Made by a program: the position numbers and the translations under genes
Assembly (NCBI GenBank): GCA_964016885.1
Contig: OZ024742.1
Span: 184,326,001 to 184,390,000 of the forward strand
Direction: 5' to 3'
From: Eledone cirrhosa
Taxonomy: Eukaryota
DNA length: 64,000 nucleotides
The notes under the pieces: generated by a model
Seen by the model: only the letters and a program-made list of their open reading frames with translations
What the model was told of the DNA's origin: nothing
Databases searched by the model: none
Shown: positions 51,231 through 64,000 of the stretch, in pieces
Layout of the letters: the number at the start of each line of letters is the position of its first letter
Numbering within the stretch: the first letter of the stretch is position 1

Positions 51231-52842
51231 TATTATCATCATTTAACATCCATTTTTCTGTGCTTGTATGGGTTAGACAGGTTGTCACATTATGAAACAA
51301 TTCAGGTGAAGTGAACTTGTCTTGCTCATGCAGATCTGTATTTTGGCTTGGTTTTTACGGCAGCATACCCTTCCTAATGCCAACCACGTTACAGGATGGA
51401 CTGGGGGAACTGGGTGATTTTTATTGTAGCACCAAAATGACTATTTAACAAGGTGGACTGGGTGCTTTTTCATCATGTTACCAGCAGGACCACATTACAG
51501 GGTGCTTTTTGTCATGTCACCAATATGACCACCTTACAATGTGGACTGGGTGCATTTGTTGTTGTGGCATCAGATCACCATACAGGGTGAACTTAGGTAT
51601 TTTTTGTTGTGGTGGCAGCATCATGAGGAAGCAAATATGAAGCATGTCCAGCTTTCCTTGCTTGTATGGTTTAGACAAGAAATGTATCAGGGGTGAGGAA
51701 GATCATAGTTGGTGGAGGGGGAGGGGTATGCAAGTTGGACATGGATGAAGTGAGTGGGATATTTAGCTGGTATAAAGGTGGTATTAAGACTAGGAAGGGT
51801 GAATTGGGGAGGGGTAGGGAGAAGATTGGCGCAGATCAGTGTCCTCTACATGTTTGTTTCATCCTGTGCACACGAGGAGGCGGATCTTCTACAGTACAGC
51901 ATAATGCCAGAGATCTCAATTCTATGTCATTTCTGTATGTTGTTTGGGGGAAAGTATGGACAAGGAGTGACTTCCAGAAGGATGCGATTCTGAGGAGAAA
52001 GGATTGCGAAACTTTTTAGTGCTGTGTATTGAGAATAAGACAGGGAGGAAAGGTGAATGGGATGGTACACAGTTTGGTTGTTCAAAGAATCAGAGGCCAT
52101 TATAGTAGCAACTAAAGAGATTGATAAAGAACACAGTGTCGTGTGTTCTGACTTCAATGACTAGTTAGTAGTGGTTGTAGAGTGTCAGTGAGGAAATGTT
52201 TGTCAATCTACTGAATGGTTTTATCTTATGTGTATAAGCAACGGTGCTTCCCCATAAATATGGGAGTTATACTGCAGTTTGAGTTGCACTTGTATGTTTT
52301 TTAGAGGGTCAGCAACTAATCAGAGCTGCTGAGACATATTCACCAATGAGTGAATCCCTAGGCTTTCAGGTATTTTGGGCTCCCTCTAGCTCTTAAATCC
52401 TTCACTCTACTACTGCAAAATAAAAATTTTGACAGGCTCCTAATCTCTGTGGGACCCCTAGTCTTCAGGCTAGCCAGCCTTATGGATAATATGGCCCGAC
52501 TGAATTTAAATATTTGCTAGCCCTAACAGTTTTGACAGATTTATAGATGTGTGGCCATTATTTCAACCAGTTGACCAATGCTACATTGACTGAGTTGGCT
52601 GTAATATTTTAAACAATACAATTTGTTATAATAACGGTTTGTGATTTAGGTACAAGGCAAACAATTTTGGGGGAGGGGAAATTGATTAAATTGACCCCCA
52701 GTGCATTACTAGTACTTTATTTTATCAACCCTGTAAGGATCAAAGGCAAAGCTAACCTTGGTGGGATTTGAACTCAGAATGTAAAGGAACGTAACTAAAC
52801 GCCACAAAGCATGTTGTCCAATGTTGTCAAAATTTCTTTGAT

Positions 52843-53465
52843 TAACCCTTTCATATGATATTGCTACTGAAAGCACTGCCTGTGATTTTTTAAATAATTT
52901 CGAAAATTATCAAGAATTTACAGCATATAAAAGAAATAAATTTACTATTCGTTAACATTGTCATATTAAAAAAAGAGAAAGAGGAAGAAATGAAATAGAA
53001 AAAATAAAGAGAGGAGGGATAGAGTGGCAAACTATAGGAGATATCTTAGTTGCACCATATAGACAAAAAGGCGTAGGTATTGTCACATAGAACAGCCTGC
53101 TACAAACACTGCATTCACAACTCCACCTCATGGGGCTTCATCCTCGGGCATGATGCAGTCATTCCAGTTTTGCAGAAAAAGTTTGGGAACCAAAGATACC
53201 AGAAGGTCTCAACTGCGACTGGCATGAAAAGGAAGAGGTCTGTCCAGTCCCCATATTTCCCTCTATCTTCTTCTCCTCCACAAATTCAGGTGGATTTAGT
53301 ACTGTAACTAACCTTTTCATTATTAAGCTGGTGTTTGCAACATAGCAAATTTTCTTAGATAAAAATATGACAGAAGGTTTCTAGGTAAATATAAACACTT
53401 TAAAACAAATAATTTTGTATCATAGAATCAGGGAACTGTTTCAAGTAGTTTATCAAAAGGGTTAA
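52843..53465. mobile_element. second piggyBac-like MITE family; fragments also at ~8370, 14220, 35280, 36063, 37000, 44750, 55636, 58385-60200
   Basis: ttaaccctt ... tatcaaaagggttaa termini, with shared internal ccaaattcttgattattttcaaaat and acaccagcttaataa. Confidence 0.65.
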
Positions 53466-54104
53466 ATCAGAAAATTTTGTGATTTTTTTTATTGATACAA
53501 AACCAAGAATATTGCTACTCTCTCTCTCTCTCTCTTACACACAGACCAATAATAATCCCTTTCATTTGTTATAAGAATGTGGTCAACATAACTGACTTCA
53601 ATTTGTGACACATATATGACCAGAGTAGACACTTAGTAATTATGGGAAGGTTTCAATGCACTTTGTTAATTGATACGTTGAAGGAGTCAACACTTAGAAT
53701 CTTATTCTAAATCTTCTTTGTTATAATTGTAATAACAGCTATAATGTCAGCAACAACACTTGAATATGTTTTGTTCTGCTATTAAAGGAACAGGAGCTGT
53801 TATTGTTGTTAGAGAAGGTGAAGAAATAAGCAGAGACAAAGGTATGTTGAATACAAATTTTAAAAGAAAAAATATAAATCCTTATTAAAGAAATGTGTAG
53901 ACAGGTGCTAATAAACTTCCATGGATCCTCCCAGATACCTGTATGTCTTATATAGTCTGGAATTACAGAAACTGACTCTACATTGCTTTAGTACAGGTAG
54001 TCTGAAGTAGTTTACCTGATTTAGTTTCACTAATGTATAGGTACTGACTGATAATTTAGGCTAAGAAAGCTATTGAATACCAACCAGTTGAACAAATATA
54101 TTTA

Positions 54105-54400
54105 CAAGCCAATAAAGGAACCTGTATGTTACACATGGCAAGCTAGAAATAACAGCCAAATCCCACCTTACTATCTTATATAAAGATAGAACACACCAAA
54201 TGAACCAACGAGGAGACCTGTATGTTCTTCTCTACAAGCTAGAAATAGCAGCCAAATCTCCCTCAAATCACACTCTACCATCTTTTATAAAGACAGGACA
54301 CACCAGACAACCCAATGAGGGAGTCTGTATGTTGCATATGTTGCACTCGATAAGCTAGAAATAGCAGCTCAATCACACCCTTCTAATCTTAAAAACAAGA
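54105..54400 (+). repeat. three degenerate ~100-120-bp tandem units
   Basis: ctgtatgtt...aagctagaaata(g/a)cagc..aatc repeated three times. Confidence 0.7.
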
Positions 54401-56199
54401 TACATAAGATAATTGTTTCTACTTTTGGCACAAGGCCAGCAATTACCAAGTACATTACTGGTACTTTATTTTATCGACCCCGTAAGGATGAAAGGCAAAG
54501 TTAACCTCGGCGGGATTTGAACTCAGACCGTAAAGATACATAAGATAATGTAGTCTTAATATCCATAACAAAATTAGTAGAGTAGTGGACTAAAGAATTT
54601 AGATTATTTAATTCTATTATTCTCAGATATGAGTTCAAATCATTCTGGGGAGGGAGGAGGGGTCAACTTTGATTTTCATCTCTGGGTTTGATAAAATGAC
54701 AACCAGTAATGCACTTAGTTCAGTTTATTTTAATAGTTGCTTTCCCAACAAAAGAGTTGTCTTATCTTTAGTTACAAAAAAAAAAAATCAATACTTATAT
54801 AAAAAGGGTAATGAATCAATCCAATTAATTAACTATTAAATAACAAAATTAATGGGTGACAGCAATTAACCAAACTTTAACAGGTCGAACCATATTTTGT
54901 GCACATCATCTTTGTTTCAAATACTAATTGATATCAAACTGCCTGAAACTACCACTTTGAAGTTATGATACAAAACTGTGCATTTTAAAATGTTTGTATA
55001 TATAATATATCCTTCTATCAAAGACAAGATGCAGTAAACGAATTCAGACCAAAAAGAAGAGGAGACACTGAAGAAGAACAAATGTTATTGAAGAGGTTAG
55101 AGAATGTGTGACAAAAGAACTTTGACAAGCTAACTAATAACTAATAAAAAAAAATGAAGTAAACATTGAATAGTGTGTGTGTGTTTTTATTGGCAAAATG
55201 ACCATCCCCAAATATAACAACCTCCATCATAATTTTATTTAAGACAATTTAAAATAATGATCTAAATATCAGCTTACTAATGAAAGAGTTAATTATTTTA
55301 TTAGATTCCTCCAAATATCTGATTATTTTCAAAATTAATTGAAGCACATATGCAGTGTATTTCATTAGATATATGGCAATAAAAGAATTGATACCACAAC
55401 CAAAGAATTTTCATTTCTTTTGAAACCTAGATTCAACTACATCCTTTTCTCACTGCTAACCAGACCAGCTTAGTTTATTTATTCTTAGCCTAAATTTGAA
55501 ACTAATCTAATATTTTCCCTTCAATGCAATTAGAGGTCTTATCCGATTTTAATTAAAATATGACATTTTGAGATTAATTGAACCAACAACTCCTTTCAAA
55601 GAAAACCAGCCTGTAGTAATAAGACCAGTCTTTGGTAACCCATTTGATACCAAACTCCCTGAAACCACCCTTTATTTAACCTAACCTTTGTTAAGTTGTT
55701 TCAAACACCAGTTAACCCTTTAGCATTTACATTACTCTATATTTACTATTATATTTTCACAGTAAAGACATTACCTCTCATAATTATCGCACATAATATC
55801 GAATCTATGAGATTTTTATAATATTTATTTTGAGAACAATACCTTAACATCAGTATGAGCAGCCAGTTACAGCTGGTTTGAACAGAAAGAAGTGAGAGAA
55901 TTCTGGCCGGATACAGCTAGTTTAAATGCTAAAGGGTTAAATAATAAGAAAGTTAGTTATATTGCTAAATCCCTGCAGATTCTTGATTATTTTCAAAATG
56001 ATTTGAAAATCATAGGCAATTTTTTAAATTTAAAATATGGTAGTGAAATGGTTAGGTTATTATCCTAATACCAACTTAGTAATGAGACAGTTAATTATAT
56101 GACTAAATCTCTCCAAATTCTTAATTATTTTCAAAATTATTTGAAAATATCCGATAGTCTTTCATTAGAAACATGCTAATGAAAAGTAAAGATAAGTTT

Positions 56200-56460
56200 T
56201 TGGTGATAAGAGACCCAGTTCTTGGTAATAAGATGCACAGTTCTTGGAGATAATAGACCAAATCATGGGTGATAAGAGATCCAATTCTACGTGATAAGAT
56301 ACCATGTCTTTGATGATAAGTATCCAAGTCCTAGGTAGTAAGAAACCCCACTGTGTACCCAGACTTAAGTTATAAGAAACACAGTTCTTGGTGGTAAGAG
56401 ACCCAGTTCTGGGTGACGGGAAACCTAGTTCTTGGTGATAAGAGGCCCATTCCTAGATGA
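56200..56460 (+). repeat. ~22-bp minisatellite (ggtgataagagacccagttctt)
   Basis: About 11 degenerate tandem units. Confidence 0.8.
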
Positions 56461-56639
56461 TAATACAACCATTGTTTTATGATATGAAGCTCAGTCCTTG
56501 GGTGAAAATAAAGCAAGTCCTTCTTAAGAAGCAAGTCTTCTTTTCGGTGCTTTTTTTAGTTTATAGCTGTGTAATCAACCAAATTCCAGATACATTTGAA
56601 ATTCTAAAAATATACAACACACATAAACATGCACACACT

Positions 56640-56980
56640 AATACACAGGTATATATGCCTAAGAGATTTACACATATATACAAGACACACACATATGCAC
56701 ACACACACTGAAACAGGTATATATGCCTTAAAGATTTATAATATATACAAGACACACACAACACACACTAAAAAGGTATATATGCCTTAGAGATTTATAA
56801 TATATACAAGACACACACAACACACACTAAAACAGGTATATATGCCTTAGAGATTTATAATATATACAAGACACACAACACACACTAAAACAGGTATATA
56901 TGCCTTAGAGATTTATACATATATACAAGACACACCCACACACACACTAAAACATAAGTACATGCTTTTTAAGTATTTCC
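56640..56980 (+). repeat. ~60-bp minisatellite (aaacaggtatatatgccttagagatttataatatatacaagacacacacaacacacact)
   Basis: 5-6 tandem units. Confidence 0.9.
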
Positions 56981-58512
56981 ACACATATACAAGGCACACA
57001 CAAACATACACATATAGACTAATACCGAGATACATACATTTTAGGTATTTATATACACACACATGCAGATGCACACACATACACACTAATGCATAGGTAC
57101 AAACCATTTGGGTGTTTACATTCCATTTGGATGCAGGCAAGGCTAGGTGGTTAAGTAATTCACTTCACACTCATGAGGTCCCATGTTGAATCCCACTGCA
57201 TGGTATCTAGGGAAAATGTGTTTACTATAGCCTCAGGTTGACTCAATCCTAGTGAGTGAAACTTACTAGACCGAAGCTTGTTGGATGGATTTTACTTGAA
57301 TAGTACTGATGCCATGATAAAATGCACTTTGTACAGTGTAGGAATGTTTTGTAAGCTTGAAATACCATATATCTACTATATTTTTTAGCTTACCTTCAAT
57401 TGGATCAGTTTCAGTGTCTCTGAAAAATGTCATGGGCATTGTCCTTCTTCCTATGATCCAAAATTGTAAAATAACATGTAGTGTATAGCTGAATGGTCTG
57501 AGATCTAATTATACTTGAGTCAACTTTGTCTCTCCTTTCTAGATAAAATAACTACAAGCTAAGTATTATGGTGATGAATTGTCAGACTTGTTAGAATGTC
57601 AGATAGAATGCTTTGCAGCATCCATTCCCACTCTCTGCTCTCTGAGTTCAAATCCTGCTGAGGTCAACTTTGCCTTTCATCTTTTAATAATAAAAAAGTA
57701 CCCGTTCAATACTGGGGTCAATTTTTCCTCTATATCTCTTCCTCATTTCCTTTCTCTCTCTGTCTTTCACCTTTTCTGGAAGAAATCGGCTGTGTTAAGA
57801 CTTGGAGAGGGGTTGGGTTCCACCATGTTTAAAGTGCCAAGTATGTCATTATGGCACCTGTAAGACTCCATCAGAGTAACAGTTTCATGCATACATAAAT
57901 ACTATGGCTAACCTAATCAACTAGACTGTCAATGTAAATTTGTGGCTTTTTACTTATGTTAGAAACAGGTAAGTTAAAGTATGATGTCCAATGGTGTTGT
58001 AGGGAAGGTGTCTTAGGTAGGGTCCATTTCTCGCCAGGTTAGAGCACAGTCAATTTCTTCCCAGGGAAGCAAAAGAGAGAGAGGGGGTGAGGGAGAATCA
58101 ATCTCCAGTGCTCAACTGTACTCTACTTATCAACCTCAAAAATATGAACGGCAAAGTTGAACTCAGAGCATAGAGCTAGAAGAAATGCTACAGAGCATTT
58201 CTATTTGATGTTCTTTGCCAATTTTCTGCTTTATTGTGACATACATATATATTAAATGATAAATGCAAAAATGTCTCAGTATATTGAAAATTTCCTCTCT
58301 TGAAACAAAAACTTGGCAGTAATATCCTAGATTTTTGTTTTCCAACAAAGAGGAGAATTTGCAGCATATATCATTAAGTACATCACCCTTTTGGTATCAT
58401 ACGATCCTGGTTATATAATTAAGAAATCTGTTTATTTTGAAGTATTTATATCAATATAAAAACCTTTCATCATAATTTCATGTAAGAACTTTTGTTAATT
58501 ACACTCCAAACA

Positions 58513-59876
58513 ATACTTCCACAATTTCTCGAAGACCTGCCACAGTGTGAACATTTGGTTGGCTATGCTTCATCCAGGGTGAAATCCATACTGTTCATCA
58601 GCTAGCTTGTACTCAACAATCTCCCTACATCTCTTTGCAAGACACCTAGCATAGACATTACTGGGAAGGCTTAACAAGGTTATCACTCTGAAATTGAAAC
58701 AATCTCTCTTGTCTCCCTTTTTGAAAATTTGGATTATCACTCCCAATTTCCATGTGCCTTTCTAGAGATCCAGGCCACCCAGCACACACGTGTCAGCCAG
58801 AGAATACCTTCTATTCTTGTTTTGTACATCTCAAAAAGGCATAAGACTGCATTCTGCAGGAGTATGGGATCAATGGTCAGTTTCTAACTGCCCTGATGTC
58901 TCTATACAAATGCCTGAATATTTGTGTTCAGATAAATGGTGCTAAAAACCATTTAATGTGGAAGTCAGACTCCACCAAGGGTGCATACTGTTACCTTTCC
59001 CATTCATTATTTTCATGAACGGGATTGACATGTGCAGCTGGGTTGGAAGTGGCAGGTGTAAAATCAGTCGGCTGGAATTTGCAGATGACATGGCGTTTCT
59101 TCATTCGACAAAAGGTGATCCCCTACATGCACTTGATAGGTTAGATGCTGAGTGCTGCATGGCTGGAATGAAAATCAGTGCTGCGAAAACTGAGACACTT
59201 ATCCTCTCAAGGAAGCCTGTACAGTACACTCTACATGTGATTGGAGTTCCACTGAAGCAAGTGGAGAAGTTCAAGTATCTCAGGGCCGTGTTCATGAGTG
59301 ATGGAAGGCAGGGGGTTGAATTAAGTGCAAAAATTGCAGGACTGGTGCAGTAATGTGCCAGCATCAGCATTTGGTAATCAGAAGAAGGGCGGTAGGTGTA
59401 AAAGCCAAACACACTATCTTCAATTCTGTACTCATACTAACCCTTTCCTATGGTCATGAATCTTGGGTAATGACCGAAAGAGTATGATCACGAATACAAG
59501 TGGACGAAATGGGGTACTCCCAAAGGGTCTTTGGAGAAGTGTTACTTGATTGCATGCATAGCTCAGTGATCAGAGAGTCACTTCAGATAGAGCCGCTACT
59601 TTTCCAAATGGAGAGATCACAGCTCTAATACTATGGGAATGTAGTTAGAATGTCTCAAGAAATAATCGCTGGACAGATTTTATGGACAAAACCAACCGAC
59701 AAGAGACCCAGGCATAGACCCCGAGCAAGATGCTTGGATTAACATCCATAAGCTTGGTTGGTCTCGCTTGGGGATCCAGCCAGATCAGTTGGAGACAGTT
59801 GCTTCTGACAGGACCTACTGGAAGCAGTGTTTGAGGACTCTGCTCCCACGACCCTCTCAGGAATAAGTGGATGAAG
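58513..59876 (+). mobile_element. RTE LINE with inverted 5' segment (58513-~58800 on -), degenerate
   Basis: Minus piece: IFKKGDKRDCFNFRVITLLS...EQYGF...EKLWKY. Plus piece: FYSCFVHLKKA*D...LHQGC...FADD...FKYL. TSD acactc(c/t)aaaca at 58501-58512 and 59877-59888. Confidence 0.85.
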
Positions 59877-60379
59877 ACACTCTAAACACCAGCTTAATAA
59901 TTGTTTCTAGTTTTGGCACAAGGCCAGCAATTATCTCAGTGTATTACTGGTGCTTTATTTTATCGACCCCGTAAGGATGAAAAGCAAAGTTAACCTCAGC
60001 GGGATTTGAACTCAGACCATAAGGGGTCGTAACTCTATGCTGCAAAGCATAACGTCCGACCCTCTACCGGGTTTCATTTATTGCCCACAAGGACCGAAAA
60101 CACCAGCTTAATAATGAGTACGTTAGTAAGTACTAAATCCCTTAAAATTCTTGATTATTTTCGAAATTATTAGAAATACAGTAATGAAAGTATTAACCAA
60201 TATTTGTAAATTCACATCATTATCCTACTTGAATTGTTTCCCTTAACTCTTTTTTTTCAACCAGTATCTGCGAGGGGAGATAACTAAGTTTTCAGAACTA
60301 TATATATATATATCCAACTTCTAAATTGATCATATTCTAAAATACCCGTAAATAACCATATTTCCATTCTGCCTATTAT

Positions 60380-61865
60380 CAACAAAGTTCTGGCACTGGG
60401 ATTGATGGGCTATGCCCCCAGCATCTTAAGGATAGTATCTCTCTGTCGGCCTCGAGCTCTTGGAGAATCTTAATTTGTCAACACGTTCTCATTTGAGAGT
60501 ATCCCCCCTAAATTTGTCACTTGTTTTTTCAACGCCAAACTGTTCGACTTCCCAATGGCGACCACTGCCCCATGACAATTGGATGCACTCTGCAATGACT
60601 CACACCAAAAACGTCTCTTAGACTGTCTGTCTGCAGAATTTTATCCATTTCAGCTAGAAATGGGTACCAAGCTGGAGTGTGAGTCAACTGCCCACACAAC
60701 AAGAGCTTTCCCCAACATACCTTTTGAGATTCTTAAGGTTGTCCTCAAACTTGCTCACAGGATTACATTCATTTCCACCAATCGACTTAGTGAATGAAAG
60801 GGTCCCAGAATTCTACCAGTTTGCTTGTCAGGCTTACTAAACATTAGTTCAGTGAATGAGAGGGCCCCAGAACTCTACAAGTTTGCTTGTCAAACTTACT
60901 AAACATTAGTTCAGTGAATGAAAGGGTCCCAGAACTCTACCAGTTTGCTTGTCAGACTTACTAAACATTAGTTCAGTGAATGAAAGGGTCCCAGAACTCT
61001 ACCAGTTTGCTTGTCAGACTTACTAAACATTAGTTCAGTGAATGAGAGGGCCCCAGAACTCTACCAGTTTGCTTGTCAGGCTTACTAAACATTAGTTCAG
61101 TGAATGAGAGGGCCCCAGAACTCTACCAGTTTGCTTGTCAGACTTACTAAACATTAGTTCAGTGAATGAAAGGGTCCCAGAACTCTACCAGTTTGCTTGT
61201 CAGACTTACTAAACATTAGTTCAGTGAATGAGAGGGCCCCAGAACTCTACCAGTTTGCTTGTCAGGCTTACTAAACATTAGTTCAGTGAATGAAAGGGTC
61301 CCAGAACTCTACCAGTTTGCTTGTCAGGCTTACTAAACATTAGTTCAGTGAATGAGAGGGCCTCAGAACTCTACCAGTTTGCTTGTCAGGCTTATTAGGA
61401 ATCCTCTTATCTCTTCTTTAGTGACCAATTCATTCTATGTCTCAGGAGTCCAAGGTGACCTGCACTATTTGCACTGTTACGAAAATAGACAGAAGCGGTC
61501 TAGGAAAATTCATGTCCAAAAGAGACTTTCAACTCTCTTTCATCTGATCAATTCTTAAGGTGGTGCCTACTTTTTGCATGCAAAATTTTCGAGGGACTGG
61601 ATTGATGCTCTGCCCTGGCCTACTCAGTATGGATGAGCTCAGCATTGCCATTACACTCAGTTTGGAGCTGAAGTCTATGGGAGATTGAAATGTCATTGTG
61701 GCAGATACCTTGATTCCACAGGGATTTGTGGTTTGTCTTTCCACCTGAATGCTGGTCACTTTGCTTGCCATAGAGCTAAACCTAACTGTCAAACAAGCCC
61801 TAGCTCAAGTAAATAGCCCTTCAATTCTGAAGCCAGCTGGATTGTCCTGGCTTGGTGAGAAGAGG
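60380..61865 (+). mobile_element. highly degenerate CRE-clade remnant interrupted by a tandem array
   Basis: SSGTGIDGLCPQHLKD on the left. DWIDALP...KCHCGRYLDSTG..GLS.HLNAG...KQAL....PSILKPAGLS on the right; compare 13520-13700 and 19200-19300. Confidence 0.6.
60789..61394 (+). repeat. 62-bp tandem array, ~10 near-identical copies
   Basis: agtgaatga(a/g)aggg(t/c)cccagaactctaccagtttgcttgtcag(a/g)cttactaaacattagttc at 60789, 60851, 60913 ... 61347. Confidence 0.97.
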
Positions 61866-62424
61866 CATGGGTAAAAGATAGAATTATCAGCAATCTACTA
61901 TAACTAGCAAGCACATATATATTTTGAGAAGCAAAGATCAAAATCTGCTTCAAACAAAACAAACCAAGTTGTCTAGACACTTTCCCGACATCAGAAAATT
62001 AAGGATACTAAAAAAAACGGAATTGAAAGAAACTATGTGAGAAAGATGAGAAATGTTCTAAATATGGTAAACTTAGGTGGTTGAAGGAAAGGTACTTTAG
62101 GAGCTCCGAGAGAAATCCTCCATTCAATTTGTGGTAACAGACAGCTACTACCACATCCCATTCCCCATTTACCTCCTGAGATTAAAGAACTTAAAACTAC
62201 TGATAAGGGTGTCAAATTTGGATGTAATATTAGAGCTTTTAACTAATCATCTAGCTTTCATATCTTCAGATGTAAGTGATACTAAATAATTAAATCGTAA
62301 ACCATTAGGAGTGTATACACATATAATAGATAGTCTTCTATTAATTACCTTCATATTTAATTGCTTCTACAGATCAGAAACCACAACTTGCAGCAGTTTC
62401 CAACAATATATATATATACACTGC

Positions 62425-62945
62425 CACGCTTTCAAGGGTGGGACGGGTCCTTTTCAACAAACCATCTCTCCATTCGTCACAGTCCCTTGTCATCTCCTCT
62501 GTGAGCTGAATCGATCTGAGGTCAGCTCTCACCACCTCTGCCCATGTTTTTCATGGTCTTCCCGCCACTAGGATTTCTTGGCACTTCTTCACCCAGTGGT
62601 CATTTTCCATGCGCATCACATGGCCATACCAACGCTACAGTTTATCCCTCTTATAGTTTCACTCTCAACTCGGCTATGCTTGGTTGTTCACACACATTAA
62701 CATTGCACATCCATTGAAGCAAGCATGCTTCATTTCTCTCCAGCTGTTGCATATCCTCTGCAGTTGCTACCCATGTCTCACTACCGTGCATCTCACACAA
62801 GCATCATATAACCGACCTTTCGTTCATAGGGAGAAACCATTCATTGTCATCAGAAGAAGCAGCTCCCTAAACTTCTTCCATCCTTATTCTAGATACTATG
62901 GCCTCGGAGCATCCTCCTCCCTTGCTAATCTGATCATCTAGGTAC
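62425..62945 (-). mobile_element. old RTE 3' fragment
   Basis: Homologous to 17990-18370 (ccatgcgcatcacatggccatacca). Confidence 0.75.
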
Positions 62946-62964
62946 AAAGATTGTAGGCTTTATA

Positions 62965-63918
62965 TGTAGCAGTTGCACCGGGACAGTAAGCAGCAAACAA
63001 CCACAGGAAACAAGCACTACCAAATTCTGGGAAGGCTCTGTAGAAACAGTAGACAGTTTCTGCTACCTAGGTAACTGAATTAGCAGTGGAGGTGGGTGTT
63101 CTGAAAGTACAGTAGCCAGGGTAAGAACGGGATAGAAGTTCAGAGAGGTACTACCACTGCTAGCTGCAAAAGGCTTTTCCCTCAAAATGAAAAGCAGACT
63201 GTATGATGCGTGCATACGAATAGTAATGTTACATGATAGTGAAACCTGAGCGTTGTGTGTAGAAGACTTGCGTAGATTAGAAAGAAACAAAGCTTGCATG
63301 CTCTGATGGATGTATAATAGTAATATATGCGAATGAAAAAGCATAAATGAATTGAGAAAGAGACTAAGCATAAAAGGAATCAAATGCTGTGCAGGAGAGG
63401 AGGTTGTGTTGGTATGGACATGTGATGCATATGAAGGATGACAGCTGCATAAAAAGGTGCAGAGCACTAAAAGTTGATGGAAGCCATGGAGTGGGAGACC
63501 CATGAAGACCTGGGATGAGGTGATAAAAGCTGACCATGCCCTATTGCACCTCTCAAAGGCAATGACACAGGACCGAAACCTCTGGCATTACGCAGTAATA
63601 CAGAAGACCCGACTTCCCATGGGTACAAGCCAAAGCTGAAGCATATAGACAGTATGCCCCCCTCCCCTCTTACTGTAAAGTGGTCATGTAGGTCTCACGA
63701 CAAAAATCACCCAGTCCACACTGTAAAGTGGTCGTGTAGGCACCACAGTAAAAAAGCAGCCAGTACTCACTGTAAATGAGGTTGGTGTTAGGAAGGGCAT
63801 CCAGCTGTAGAAATCAAGCCAAAATCAATCTGTATGAGCAAGACATGGTATTGCTTACAAGATAACTCGTCTAACCCATGCTAGCGTGGAAGAATGGATG
63901 TAAAACGGTGATGATGAT
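62965..63918 (+). mobile_element. 5'-truncated degenerate RTE (same family as the 26546 copy)
   Basis: KQPQETSTTKFWEGSVETVDSFCYLG..., 3' UTR repeats and a (GAT)n tail. Confidence 0.9.
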
Positions 63919-64000
63919 ATATTAGCAGCCTCACGGCCTTCGCCCTGGTCTGTACTGTGTTGAAATCTATTCATAAAGCATCTATCATAATGTCTATTAT

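Noticed and set aside
60789-61394. Possible CRISPR array
   Set aside because: Units are contiguous with no unique spacers, there are no cas genes, and the context is eukaryotic.

Overview
This is AT-rich, repeat-saturated eukaryotic DNA, most consistent with an octopod cephalopod. That call is an inference from the abundant (TA)n/(CA)n microsatellites, Meta-domain and V-domain tRNA SINEs, and RTE LINEs with (GAT)n tails. I can support one host gene: a CCDC160-like coiled-coil gene on +, with two coding exons (8688-8925 and 37970-38658). They are joined by a phase-matched GT-AG intron of about 29 kb and give about 308 aa. Nearly everything else is mobile DNA. This includes a full-length RTE ORF (APE + RT with a PHD finger inserted into the RT), several truncated RTE copies, and Tx1, CR1-like, Vingi-like and CRE-like non-LTR remnants. 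There is also a Gypsy fragment, Penelope-like (GIY-YIG) remnants with inverted terminal repeats, Helitrons, mariner/Tc2/hAT/piggyBac MITEs, SINEs and minisatellites. The most notable patterns are fold-back hairpins centred on hammerhead-ribozyme cores, repeated insertion of unrelated retroelements into (TA)n tracts, a twin-priming-type inverted RTE with a TSD, an exact 282-bp duplication upstream of the intact RTE, and a 62-bp two-variant array inside a CRE remnant. Family names come from motif recognition by eye, not from database searches.
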